Source of the DNA: Cirrosporium novae-zelandiae
Taxonomy: Eukaryota
DNA: 64,000 nucleotides
Reading direction: 5' to 3'
Assembly: GCA_026023565.1 (NCBI GenBank)
Contig: JAPETS010000007.1
Location: 62,001 to 126,000, forward strand
Shown: piece after piece, positions 49,445 through 62,100 of the stretch
Position numbering within the stretch: position 1 is the stretch's first letter
Layout: every line of letters starts with the position of its first letter
Program-made: the position numbers and the translations under genes
Notes under the pieces: model-generated
Databases searched by the model: none
Seen by the model: the letters and a program-made list of their open reading frames with translations, nothing else
What the model was told of the DNA's origin: nothing

Positions 49445-50530
49445 ATGCAGTTTAAGAAAACAGAATTATTCGGTGGTGCCATCACCGTGGACTTCCCAGA
49501 AGGCTACGCAGATGTCAGGTATGTTCTATTTATTTATGTGTTTCTCCGACTTTGGTTTAATTTTATGAAATTATTACATGTTTTGAAATGTTCATGCTTT
49601 TTATGCTTCATGTTTTGAATAATATATATCATATTTTGCATTTCTATTAAATTCAATCTCATTCATTATATTCAAAACGAAAAAACAATTCACATGAAAA
49701 TATTACCACCTCCCATTGCCCCAGCGAGTTTCAATACACCTATCTCATATATTTAAATTTGTTCTTCTTTACTGCGTTCCATCTCTGTCTCAATCACCAG
49801 TTGATAATCCCATCACACCCCCCATAATACCAACCAACCAACTAACTAATCCTCCTTTCTTACGCAGCACAATCCGCCAAGTCCCCGACCACCAAGAAGT
49901 CTACCTCGCCACCAACGGCTTCAGCTCGATAATCGTGGAACTAAACCAACGGGTCCCGTCCTCCAAAGCCGCCACCGATGCCGCAGCTTTAAAATACCAC
50001 CTCGACGACCTCAACGATGCTGATGATAAAGTCCAAGTGCTGGAAGCTAAAAATATGGTTTTGACCCAGTTTCCGTATGTCTCCTATCCCTATTCCTTCT
50101 TTTTATGTGTCTTGAGAGAGATCCTGCTTGCTTGCTTGCAGTACAACAGCACACCCCCTCCCTTCTACCTTCTAATCCTACACACCAAAAAAACTAACAA
50201 ACCACCCACCCCACCAGAGCCGGTACCTCCACATCCCTTCTCCTAGCAACAACATCTCGCCCCGCCCCTCGCTCCCCCCCCCGAACCCCTATCCCCAAAA
50301 TAACAGGTCTCATTCTCCTCCTAGTCCGTCTCATCCCGCAAGAAACAGACGTACTGGTGACGGTAAACCTGCCATACATGCCTGGTGAATTTGAAGAAGG
50401 AGATGTGGATGTTGAGGGCGGGAGGATCGGGGGGCGGATTTTGGAGGATGGGAAGGCGATTATGGAGGTGGTGGTGAGGTCGTTGGAGGTTAGGGATTGG
50501 GGGCTTTTTGGGAGCGAGCAGACTGAGTAA
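49445..50530 (+). CDS. MOG1: Ran guanine-nucleotide release factor Mog1; exons 49445-49518, 49868-50074, 50218-50530
   Basis: MQFKKTELFGGAITVDFPEGYADVS|TIRQVPDHQEVY..SIIVELNQRV..AALKYHLDDL..LLLVRL..QETDVLVTVNLP..SLEVRDWGLFG. Confidence 0.9.
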
Positions 50531-50800
50531 GGATAGAGAGTAGGGTTGTGGGGGTAATTTCATGCATCATCATTGTGATATGTGAAGGGTAAAAAGAGTG
50601 AAATGAAGTATTAAGAAATGAGGTGGACTCAGTTTATGGGATGGATGATGGAAAAAATACACACAAACAAACAAAGTCAGAGAAATACAGAATGATATAT
50701 ATTCAATATATACTATTCATTCGAATTTGAAATGCTAGCATAGACAGACGAGGGTATATGGCTTTAAAAATCAATCAACCCAAGATCCAAAAAGGATCAA

Positions 50801-52747
50801 TCAAGCTTCCAGATTCAAGGAATCCAGTTTCCTCAGAATATTGTCAACACCTTTTCTCTCCTCGGAATCATCAGATTTGCGAGTTTCTCCAACCAAAACA
50901 ACCTCCTCGTCGTCATCCTTGATATCCTCTATATTTATAACTTCTTTGCCCTTCTTCTGTTCATGATACATCTTGCCCACTAGCCCCATGATTTCCTTCT
51001 GAGTTAACCCTTTATTTTCATCTCGAACCTTCTTCATATTCTCCTTTACAAATACTAGATAAGAGTTCCCCTTACTTTTGCATTCCTTCCTTTCTCTTGG
51101 CACTGGCTTGGTCTGTATCAGCGCTCCCTTGCAGCTCCCACATGTATGCCTCCTTGGATCAATACTCTTGCTATGTCTCTTGAATTCAATCCCACAATCT
51201 TTACACTCCCAAATATATTTGTACTCGATTTCATAGGAGTGCTTTGTGGTAACAACAATCTCGCGGTCTGCAAAAATGGACGAGCATTTATTGCCCCAAG
51301 ACTTAAAGGCGGGGCCATGAGGGGAATTTTTTATGCCGGATATAACGAAGGTGGCCAGATGGCAGTATTCATGCGCGAGGACATTGAGGAGTTGTGGAGT
51401 AGTAGTTATGACTTTTGTCGCGAGTTCGATAGTGCAATAATGGCGAGTTTCAGGAGTGGGGTCTGCAGAGGAGTGGATGGATGCTGAGGATTTACTACCA
51501 CGGACTTCTTTCTTCCAATTTGCCCGGCCAGCTGTGGTGTTTAGCTTCTTATTCCAGATAATGCGGACCCCTCCCGTGGATGTAGACATTTCCGACACCT
51601 TTCCTGCCCCAACCTTTTCATCTAGCTCTTTCAAAAAGGCATTTGCAATCTCTTGCTTCTGCTCATCAAACTCCTTCCTTGCCTTTGCGGCAGATTTTTC
51701 TGCAGCTTTGATAGGACTCTTAGAGGGACTCTGGTTTCGTCTTCGAGGGGGTTCGGATGGTGAAAGGTCATTTTCATCATCATCAAATATCTCACGCCAG
51801 CGTCGAGAATGAGTGGATTTAGGTGTTTTTTGAGATGAGTATTGGTCGTTCCATTCATTGATTACCTCTTGGTTCCAAAAATCGTCGAGGCTAGGGCGAT
51901 GGGGAGATGGTGGAACAGAGGTATACTTTCTAGTTGGAGAGTCAAGCTTTGACTTTGACTTTGACTTTGTAGGACTTGAAGGGGGCGTGACGAGGCGGAC
52001 ACCTTGATCATTATATCTATGTTTTCTATCTTTATTCGGCGATGGCACCGGTTCGCGAGGTGGTGAAAATCGAAGATGGGATGGAAGACTTATGGCAAAC
52101 GAGCTTCTTTTTTCCTTATTTCTATGGTTCTCCCGTAGAACTTCTGGCGTTTTGGTTCTGGACCGATGCTTCGGAAGTTCGGGTGATACCAAGTCAATGA
52201 CAACCTCTTCTTCTGATTCTCGTGATTCTTGTTCAACCTTCTCTGCTTGAACCGTTCTTCTACAACCTCGCTTCAGCTGTCTCTTTGTCGGGGACTTTCT
52301 ATGTTTAATATCCTCTTCACTGTCCGAGTACACAATAAATCCGGAAAGATCAGTAAACTCATCGTCATCGTTGTCATCATCGCTAGAAAATTTATTAGAT
52401 GTTTTCTTCTCTTCCACCGTAGTCCGCCGTGGCGTCACTCTAGCGATTGTAGATTTCGGAGTTTCCGACCCAAGCTCTCCACATCTTGTTTTCTTTTTGG
52501 GCAATTGCTTTGATAAAGGAAGCAGAAGTGAATTAATAGGGGCAACTTTTAGAGGTCGTTGCTGGTGGATAGGGTTCGAGTTTCGGGAAGGTTGTGTGAT
52601 TAATCCGACCGTTTGCAATGAATTGGAAGTCATTGCTATATAATTTGTGGGATCATGAATCGTGACTCGGTTTGTCTTCAGTGTACTTCGTTTGACGTTT
52701 TTGGTCGGTAGAACACCTTCATCCTCTTCTATATGTAGACGGGCCAT
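50801..52747 (-). CDS. SprT-like metalloprotease (GCNA/ACRC-like) with C-terminal HMG-like box (intronless, 648 aa)
   Basis: IIWNKKLNTTAGRA, IELATKVI, HEYCH (HExxH), PHGPAFKSW, HSYEIEYKYIWECKDC..RHSKSID..CGSCKG zinc ribbon; YLVFVKENMKKVR..QKEIMGLVGKMY. Confidence 0.85.
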   Translation of the reverse strand: MARLHIEEDEGVLPTKNVKRSTLKTNRVTIHDPTNYIAMTSNSLQTVGLITQPSRNSNPIHQQRPLKVAPINSLLLPLSKQLPKKKTRCGELGSETPKSTIARVTPRRTTVEEKKTSNKFSSDDDNDDDEFTDLSGFIVYSDSEEDIKHRKSPTKRQLKRGCRRTVQAEKVEQESRESEEEVVIDLVSPELPKHRSRTKTPEVLRENHRNKEKRSSFAISLPSHLRFSPPREPVPSPNKDRKHRYNDQGVRLVTPPSSPTKSKSKSKLDSPTRKYTSVPPSPHRPSLDDFWNQEVINEWNDQYSSQKTPKSTHSRRWREIFDDDENDLSPSEPPRRRNQSPSKSPIKAAEKSAAKARKEFDEQKQEIANAFLKELDEKVGAGKVSEMSTSTGGVRIIWNKKLNTTAGRANWKKEVRGSKSSASIHSSADPTPETRHYCTIELATKVITTTPQLLNVLAHEYCHLATFVISGIKNSPHGPAFKSWGNKCSSIFADREIVVTTKHSYEIEYKYIWECKDCGIEFKRHSKSIDPRRHTCGSCKGALIQTKPVPRERKECKSKGNSYLVFVKENMKKVRDENKGLTQKEIMGLVGKMYHEQKKGKEVINIEDIKDDDEEVVLVGETRKSDDSEERKGVDNILRKLDSLNLEA

Positions 52748-53260
52748 GATGGCTTGGAACTTTGGTGCGGATTGTGTTGCGCAGGATGGATACTAGGAGA
52801 TTTTATATTGAAAGCAAAAGGTAGTTGCCAGAGCAACGGCGGAATCCCGAAAAGAGAAAATACACACTGCGGATATCTACATGCTACATTATCATGAAAA
52901 GTCTACAACTACCAGTTACTAAAGCTACAAATTAATTTAGACAGGGTGGGAAAAAAATTGAATATGTAGAATCAGTTATGCCATTAATCCCATGTACAGC
53001 CATATCCTCCACCATACGAACGATCTAATTACAATATTCGCAACGGTGCTTATGTAAAAGGATAGGAGTTGTCTGCTGAGTTATGTAGAAAAGCAGAAAT
53101 CATAGCGATAGGCTAACGCAGGCCTTGGTGCACCCGAGACCAACTTCTATGGAATCCAATACCTCCCCAAAAAAGCGTCCGAAAAATGTAGATACATAGA
53201 CTTCCCCATCCGGAGAATCATCGAACTCGCTGAACGGAAGAGAAAATGGAAGATGACACA

Positions 53261-54991
53261 TTATAGGAAAAGCATTCCAGCACCGGAGACAACGGCAACT
53301 AGGATATAGGCGCCAAGTTGGAGAGCACCAAAGTTAAGACTTGGTGCACCTACAGCCATACCACCAGAGCCAGAAGCCGCAGAACCAGTGCTGGAGCTTC
53401 CACTTCCGGAAACATCACCGGTACCAGTTGGCTGCGAGGTGACAGTGCCTGTTCCGGCGGTACCAGCTTCAGCGATCAAGGACTTGCATTCACCGGTGGC
53501 AGTGGCAGCGGACTGCGTGGAGGCGGCACCATCAAAATCACAAGCATCAGAGGCAGAGCTTTGGGCTTTGTAGTAAACATTGAAAGCATGAGAGAGCATT
53601 TGAGTGCTGTTGCACATCGAGTAGGCTCCATAGACACCAGTGGTACCATTAGCACTGACACCCGAGCAAGCACTGCTGTCTAGACCACAGACAGTTCCGA
53701 AGAGAGTACTGATTTTGGTATCACTAAGAGTAGACTTGGCAACACAGCTCAAGGTTTTCATCATGCAACCACAGAGCTGCTCGTTGGGGGTTGGAGGAAG
53801 AGCAGTAGCAGCTTGCCAGGCAGTACCAGTAGATGGACAGCTTTGAGCAGCAGTATTCGATGGAGTGTAAGACGCAGAGTTAGTACCAGTTGGTGTAATT
53901 GAAGCGATTTTCTTGGACAAATTGCTAAAGTCCTTGAGGGTACTGATAGTATTGCCATCAAGAGATACAAGACCTTGATAACCGTTAGCGTGAATGAAAT
54001 CGAGAGAAGAAATGTTTTACACACCATAGTCATTAGCTTCTTCATAATACATGTAAACAATACCTCCGCTCCAGACCTTGTCCATAGTAGAGCCAAAGAG
54101 TGCGGTTACTTCAGTGAATGGACGGGGGGAAACAGAATTGCAGCCATATTCCGCAAAGAAAACAGGAACATTATAATCCTCAAATTCTTCAGTACGGGTG
54201 TCATAGCCAGACTCAGTGTAACTCGAGTCACCACACCACGAATAGATGTTGTAACCCCAGAAATCAATACTGGAATCAGAATCGCCACAATTGAAGTAAT
54301 CGGCCAAGTTGACACGAATATCAGCATCATCATTGGTAGCATAACCAACACCAAGAGCTCGATAACCAGCACTACTAATGTAAGACTTGGTGTCACGAAC
54401 AGCAGCCTTGACGAAAGCGCTAGCGGCGGTATTATTGGCTTGGTTGGAGACTTCATTGCCAGCGAAGAAACCGAGAGTATTGGTATAGTTCGCCAAAGCA
54501 TCAACGACAGAGGTATAGCGAGAATACAAAGTAACATCCCAGGTTGGGTCGTTACGATTGATAGATTCATCGGGAGACGAAAGATCAGAGACGACGTAGA
54601 TGCCGGCATCGGCAAGCATGTTCATGCAGTCAGAATGATCGTTGGTGGGATCGATGGCGTATACACGAATAGTGTTGGTTTGAAGCTTTTGAAGATAAGG
54701 GATATCCCGTTTGCAAGCAGTCGCATTAGCCAATGGATCAACATAGGAGCTGGCAGAGCTGTCTGAGCTCGTCACATCTTGTTGATAAGCTACCCCACGA
54801 ATGAAGCTTCAAAAAAACCCTCATTAGCGAATTGATTAAGCAAAGGAAGCAGATAGAACTGACAATTGTGTACCATTGGTCTTGTAGAAGAATTTTGATC
54901 CCTTGATCACAATAGGATCAACATCGGCTAAAGCTGAAGACGCAAAGGTAACTGCTGCAATGGCAGCGGATGTGAAGGTGAGACCCCTCAT
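53261..54991 (-). CDS. GPI-anchored 1,3-beta-glucanosyltransferase (GH72, Gel/Gas family, with CBM43/X8 Cys box); exons 54991-54864, 54806-54025, 53973-53261
   Basis: Signal peptide; [33 protein letters not shown] (acid/base), [13 protein letters not shown] (nucleophile), WSGGIVYMY; Cys box [16 protein letters not shown]; Ser/Gly linker and hydrophobic GPI signal. Confidence 0.95.
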
Positions 54992-57900
54992 ATTGGCAGA
55001 GGCTCGGAGAACAAATGAGTCGAACCAGATGTTGATGACTTAAGAACCGTTGTGGAATATCGATGTTGATTGGGAAAGGTTAGAATTTTTTTTTGGTTGA
55101 TGGACTGATAGCTAGATGCTGGATTTGGCAAGGACTGGGTTAACGAGGGACTTGTAAGAGAGTGGGCTTTGTTTAATTAATGAGAGGTTAGAAAAAAAAA
55201 GATCAAGACCAGAAAAAGTCAAGCTGAGAGATGATGCTCTATCAAACACAAGACTTGGCAACTGGGTTCTTGAGGAGAATATGAAGATGGATAGAAAGAG
55301 TGAGTGTTGGTTGAAGGGGATGAAATGATAATAATTATGAAAGGACTTTTCCATCCTTCAGGGGTTTGGATGGGGACGGCACTGACGGTTCTGCAACACC
55401 AAGCCAAGGAAATCAACCCCAGTGGCTGTTCCGTCATCCGATTTACCGCTTGACTGCATTTGATAGGTGCTCATTTCGCTGCGCCCCCTCAAGTAGAGTG
55501 ACCCCCTTAAGTGCTTGTGGCCCAGTGGCTCGCAGATGGCCCTCTCTAAACTGTCGTGACTGTCTCTTTAGTTGTCTTGGATCCTATTTACTAGCACCCA
55601 TACAAACTCCATTGTAGTGCGCGTCCACTTCACCCCCATCATCATATAGCTATCCACCTGCTTCTTTTTCTGGATATTCCAGAATCATTTTAGTTGATCA
55701 ATTTGGAGTCGTCCTCCTAAAATCATTCTATCGACCAATCACTTTTCTGCTACCGAGGAAACAAGCAACTCTTGATGTCTCCATCGATCTATGCTTTATC
55801 TGCATTTGATGGACACGCAGCGAGCATGTTCTAACAAATTTCTAGCAAGATACTACAACGTTGTTTGCTACGACATCGCTACGTGGACAAACTACCTATG
55901 TACTGGAAGGCTAGGTCAGAACCGAAGTAGACATATAAGGTCCCGTGTAATCTGTCAATTTTAAGCACCGGTATAATCATCATCCACTTTATACTTGAGC
56001 ACAATTGACCCAAAAGCAAAAAAAAAGGGCCATGACACGAGTGCCAGGTGGCAGCCAGGGATAAGGGAAATCAAGCCGGGTAGGGTTGATGAATGGAGTA
56101 AACAGTATAGTGACTATGGTTTCATGCTTTGTTCCATCAAGAAAGCTCTGGGAGATAAAATTGAATCAACGAGTTCCTTGTAAGGCTATTTTTTGTCAGT
56201 GTATTTATTGATGAATTGCTGAATGTGAAGTTGAAGTTATATTGAGTTGCGTCGATGGCTCGACATAATGGAATGTGCAAGAAGCTTTGGAGGTGAAGAT
56301 GTGGTTCTAAGATAGTAACAGATTACGTACCTGTCTAAGGTCTTGCCCCTTTTTGTTGTTGGACATGGTATGTGATCGGCCGGTCTTAACTTCCTCGGCC
56401 ATCCATAATGCTTTCAACCTCCCATCTTAGGTGGCTCTCCCGCGGCACGCCGACCTCTCCCTTTAGTTGATGGAATTGACTTCGGCCCATATTTTAGGTG
56501 GGCAGCACCAAACCTGAAAGTCTTGAAAGTCTTGCTCCATATCCATAATGCTTGGTGTTATGATTTGCTACGATTCAACCCATTCAACCAATTCAACTAA
56601 TTCGATTAATCCGACCCATCAACTTGAAACGAGCCTTTCTCCGACCTTTGTTAATCACTCCGGCAATAATTAGTAACTTTGGTCAATCGCCACTTCGTAA
56701 TAACGCCTCGAATCTCCAAAAGTCCGGCTTGGAATATGGACGACTACTTGTTATAAAAAAAGAAAACGAAAAGTGAAAAAGCAAAAAAGAAAAGTTGTTT
56801 TAAACTTCTAGCTACGCGGCAGTCATGCTCCTTCCATTAATATCCCGTAAGAGCTGGGAGATTACTTTAGTATCAAACATCCCACAACCTTACATATATA
56901 GCATAAATTGCAAGATTAATGGACCTTTATCTTGAACCTGAAACAACGTTTTATGAGGAACCAGTTAGGAGGAGGTTTGGTAGATCATCAGTAGGGTATT
57001 TATTATGAACACCGAACGGTTGAGAATAAGTGAAAGTGGAGGGAATCAACTCTATATTAGTGTCTGAGTTGTTGATATTGATCCTTCCAACCTGCTCACG
57101 AGTCAAATCTTATGCCTGAAAAATTAGACATGCATTAATCATAATATTGCTTATTGATTTACTCAGTAAATGTCTTTTCGGCTGATCTTAGGGGTTGTCA
57201 CGTGTTAATTACGAGAGGCCAATGAAAACAATTTGGGGTTGTTGATCGGGGACTACGCAATCTCTCGGTGATACGTTGATATGTATGCTACTCAAAAAAC
57301 TAAATACTGACGATAAGGTGTCGTAGATCACTGAAACCTGTCTATCAGGAGTACCCGTATATAGAGCTTTGGTATACGCATACTTATCGATGGGGGAAAG
57401 TGGTAGAGATATTTTTTGAAGGTTCCCGTTGCCGTTGCGATACTAAGGAAACTGCAGCGTTGGCCTGGTAAATGGTGGGTGAGACTTTAATATCTATACG
57501 AAGTATCAGTGGATATCAGTGGATATCAGTGAGTATCTGTATTTGAGATGACGATGCCGTTGGTCGGCGACTCGAATGCTGTCATGCAAAGTTAAAATGT
57601 TATTGAAGCCCCAACTGAATGTCGCGCCCGTCAACAATGCTTGATTCGTCCCATATGTAGGGTCGAAGCTGGTTATCTGGTGGTTATGAAAATATCAAAC
57701 ACAAAACAACTCTTAGCGTAGGAGCTGAAGGCTTGTAGAAGTTGCAGCCACAGGATCACCAGAAGATTTCAGATCAACAGAGACAGAGCAACATGATAAC
57801 TAAGTCACTAATTGATTAGCTGTTATATTAAGTTGTTTAGATCAACAAGATGGCAAATATGCGGATTATGGGCTATGCCCCCCTCTTCAGACGTATGTAT

Positions 57901-58992
57901 GTATGGCTGGTAAGTCAACCCCTGAGAAATAATTATGTATTTTTGGCTTGGACTTATTAGTTGAGTGATTTTGAAGATGGCAAACAAGGAATGGCTTACC
58001 AGGAATCAAGTGAAAAGAGGTTAAGGACTTTCGGAAGAAATCAGACCATTCCGATTTAGTTGGATTGGCTTCAACTTTCATCTACACAGAGGAATTACAA
58101 GACAGCTTATTATTACAAGCATTACAAGCATTTACAAGCATTACCGCCCATGTGCAAGGATTCTATGGATTCTATCCTGAATTACTCTTGCATCCGAGAC
58201 AACTAACACCAGCCAATTCCAGCTAACTCTAACTTCAACCAACAAGAGGGCGCCGAAATAGAAAGTTCCCTCAAATCAATCAGCAGAACTTGGCAGCCAC
58301 GCCGCAGAAAAGACCCCCCCATAGCGTGTAACACCCCTGCACTACGCCCAGCCTTGAGAACGCCCCCCTCCCAATAACACCCGTCGCCTCATCCCAACCC
58401 AATCTTTTCATCTCAAATCCAGCTTTTTACCTTCTCCACTGTCAATCCCTCCTCATTCATTCTACATCCTCAGGTCCTTTGTTGTCCTGTTTTCGACTAC
58501 CGCTTCCAAAACTATCTGACCTCGCTGTTGCCGGCAACAACATCTAACGCTCGCTCGAGGTAAACGCATTGGTTAAAGAGGATTGCGAAGGAGACGCCAA
58601 AAGTTACTCCTTAGCGCGGAAGCCGCGACGCCCGTGACAATCAAGACTGTCACAGCAACGCCAAACTTTCTAATTCCTCTTCACACTCGTTTCACATCAG
58701 TCCAGGTCAACTTCACGTCGACAACACTCACCATCGAAAAGGTGTTGCACCGCAATTGCAAGAGTTCGTCCGAGAAATTATTCTCTGTCAAACATCTGGC
58801 GATCATTGTTCGACAAAATCTTTTCCTGCGCTTCTGGTGAATCTACCCCTTTCTACACACTCGCTCGCTCGTTCATTCAACAACACATCCTGCCGCAAGT
58901 CAATCGACTACTTGCAACCAATAATCATATTTGCTCCGAACTGTTCTTGCTAAGGCATATGAAGTAGCGGATTCATGGGCAATAATTAATTT

Positions 58993-59096
58993 GTAAGTTC
59001 CAATTTTTTTTCTGGCCCCTAGAGAGGAAAACTTCTTGTAACAGCCATCAATAACCACATTCCATATGAAAGCTAATAAATAACCATTGTTGATAG
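58993..59096 (+). other. Probable 5'-UTR intron of FKS1
   Basis: GTAAGT donor at 58993, GCTAAT branch near 59072, TAG acceptor ending at 59096, 18 nt before the ATG. Confidence 0.6.
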
Positions 59097-59113
59097 AACA
59101 CAAAAATTTCATA

Positions 59114-62100
59114 ATGTCTGGCCAACCCCCACAACAGGGTGGTCATTACGACGATGGCTACGGTCAACCACCACAAGCCACAGATTCATATTACCAGGAT
59201 GAGCAACACCAAGGATATGCCGATCAGCAGGGTGGCTATCAACAGCACCCACAAGGCGATGGATATTATGATGAGTCGTATGCAGTAGCGACCTTCCTAT
59301 TGAAACAGTACTAATGAGTGACAGTGGCTATTACAATTCGGATCCGAACAATCCTTATCAACAAGATGGAGGCTACTATGACAGCCAACAACAGGGCTAT
59401 CAAGACGGGTATTACAATGATCAGTACTATGATCAAGATGGTCAACAAGGCCAGTACCCTCCAGGGGCTGAAGGGTATGTAAATAAATGGCTTTGTATCG
59501 TGCAATCCATTAACTAATCGTGATGCAGTGGACGCCCACGTGGACAGGACTCTGAAGAAGATTCGGAGACGTTTAGCGATTTCACTATGAAATCTGATAT
59601 GGCTCGTGCAGCTGACATGGATTACTACGGGCGTGGAGATGAACGGTATTATAGCTACAATGATGGTAATAACCGTGGCTATCGTCCGCCATCCTCACAA
59701 ATTTCCTATGGCGGCAATCGATCTTCTGGTGCCTCCACCCCGGTGTACGGAATGGACTACGGAAATAATTTACCAGCTGGCCAACGCTCCCGGGAGCCTT
59801 ACCCAGCATGGACGTCAGATGCTCAGATTCCATTATCAAAAGAAGAGATTGAAGACATCTTCCTGGATCTAACAGAGAAATTTGGTTTTCAGCGAGACAG
59901 TATGCGTAACATGTATGATCATTTGATGACTTTGCTGGATTCCCGAGCGTCCCGTATGGCACCGAATCAAGCCCTTTTGTCTTTACATGCCGACTATATT
60001 GGAGGTGACAACGCCAACTACCGACGGTGGTACTTCGCTGCACATCTTGATCTAGATGATGCTGTTGGTTTTGCCAACATGAAACTTGGTAAAGCCAATC
60101 GGAAGACTCGCAAAGCCCGCAAAGCTGCTAAAGCAAAGGCTGGCAATGACCCCAAAAACGAGGAAGAAACTCTTGCATCAATGGAAGGCGACAACAGCTT
60201 AGAGGCCGCTGAATACAGATGGAAAACGCGAATGAATAAAATGTCCCAGCATGATAGGATACGGCAGCTGGCTCTTTTCTTGTGCTGCTGGGGTGAGGCA
60301 AACCAAGTTCGTCTGATGCCCGAGTGCCTGTGTTTCATCTTCAAATGTGCCGATGATTATTTACACTCTCCCGAATGCCAAAATCGTGTGGAACCCGTTG
60401 AGGAGTTCACCTATCTGAACAATGTTATTACTCCTCTCTACCAGTTTTGCAGGGATGAAGGCTATGAAATCTCAGATGGAAAATATGTTCGACGTGAACG
60501 GGAACATCGGGATACCATCGGTTATGATGACATTAACCAACTCTTTTGGTATCCTGAAGGCATTGAACGTATTGTTCTCGAGGATAAGTCCAGACTTGTT
60601 GACTTACCAATCTCGGAACGATACAATAAACTACACGAGGTGAATTGGAAAAAGGTGTTTTTTAAGACTTACAAGGAAACGAGATCATGGTTCCACATGC
60701 TTGTGAACTTCAACCGAATCTGGGTCATTCATTTGACCATGTTCTGGTTCTATACTGCTTTCAACTCGCCTACACTTTACACACATAACTATCAGCAGCA
60801 ACTGAATAATTCGCCGAATGCATCAGCCAGATGGTCTTCTGTTGGTCTTGGCGGTACGCTGGCTTCGCTGCTCATGATTATAGCAACTCTATGTGAATGG
60901 CTTTACGTTCCGAGGCGGTGGGCCGGTGCGCAGCATCTTACGAAGCGTCTATTTTTCTTGTTACTCGTCTTGGTCATCAACGTTGGTCCAGCAGTTTACG
61001 TCTTCATGATCAACCAGAAAGGCAAGATTGCTCTAATCCTGGGCATCGTTCAATTTTTCATCGCAGTGTTCACATTCTTGTTCTTCTCCATCATGCCTCT
61101 TGGAGGTCTGTTTGGCAGCTATTTGACGAAAAATTCACGTCAGTATGTTGCCAGTCAGACATTCACCGCAAGTTACCCAAGGCTTCATGGAAACGATTTG
61201 TGGATGTCTTACGGAATTTGGGTTCTAGTTTTTACTGCAAAGTTTGTGGAGTCCTACTACTTCCTAACTCTTTCAATTCGTGACCCCATTCGTATTCTAT
61301 CGACCATGACAATCAACAAATGCTTTGGTGATGCAATCATTGGTGATATCCTTTGTTTACGCCAACCACAGATCTTATTGGGAATAATGTTCTTCACAGA
61401 TCTGTGTCTCTTTTTCTTGGATACTTACCTGTGGTATATCATCTGGAATACAATCTTTTCGGTCGCTAGGTCTTTTTACCTTGGTGTCTCCATTTGGACT
61501 CCATGGAGAAACATCTTTTCGCGCCTGCCGAAACGTATATATTCCAAGGTGCTGGCAACTACCGATATGGAGATTAAATACAAACCAAAGGTCCTCATTT
61601 CTCAAATTTGGAATGCTATCGTAATCTCGATGTACCGGGAGCATCTGCTAGCTATAGACCATGTTCAGAAACTTTTATACCATCAGGTTCCATCTGAGCA
61701 GGAGGGCAAGAGAACTTTACGCGCACCGACATTCTTTGTGTCCCAGGAAGATCATTCGTTCAAAACCGAGTTCTTTCCCACTGGCAGCGAAGCAGAACGT
61801 CGTATCTCGTTTTTTGCACAATCCCTTTCTACGCCAATTCCCGAACCTGTTCCTGTCGATAACATGCCAACGTTTACCGTTTTTATTCCTCATTACAGCG
61901 AAAAGATTCTTCTTTCGCTTCGTGAAATTATTCGTGAAGATGAACCTTATTCTCGCGTCACGCTTTTGGAATACCTTAAGCAATTACATCCGCACGAGTG
62001 GGATTGTTTTGTCAAGGATACTAAGATTCTTGCTGATGAAACTTCACAATTCAATGGAGATGGCGACAAGACGGAGAAGGACACTGCCAAGGCGAAAATT

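Noticed and set aside
53975..54766. 263-aa plus-strand ORF
   Set aside because: Antisense shadow of the GH72 exon caused by codon bias; no recognisable motifs.
57504..57540. Direct repeats as a CRISPR-like array
   Set aside because: 10-bp adjacent units without spacers, in a eukaryotic genome.
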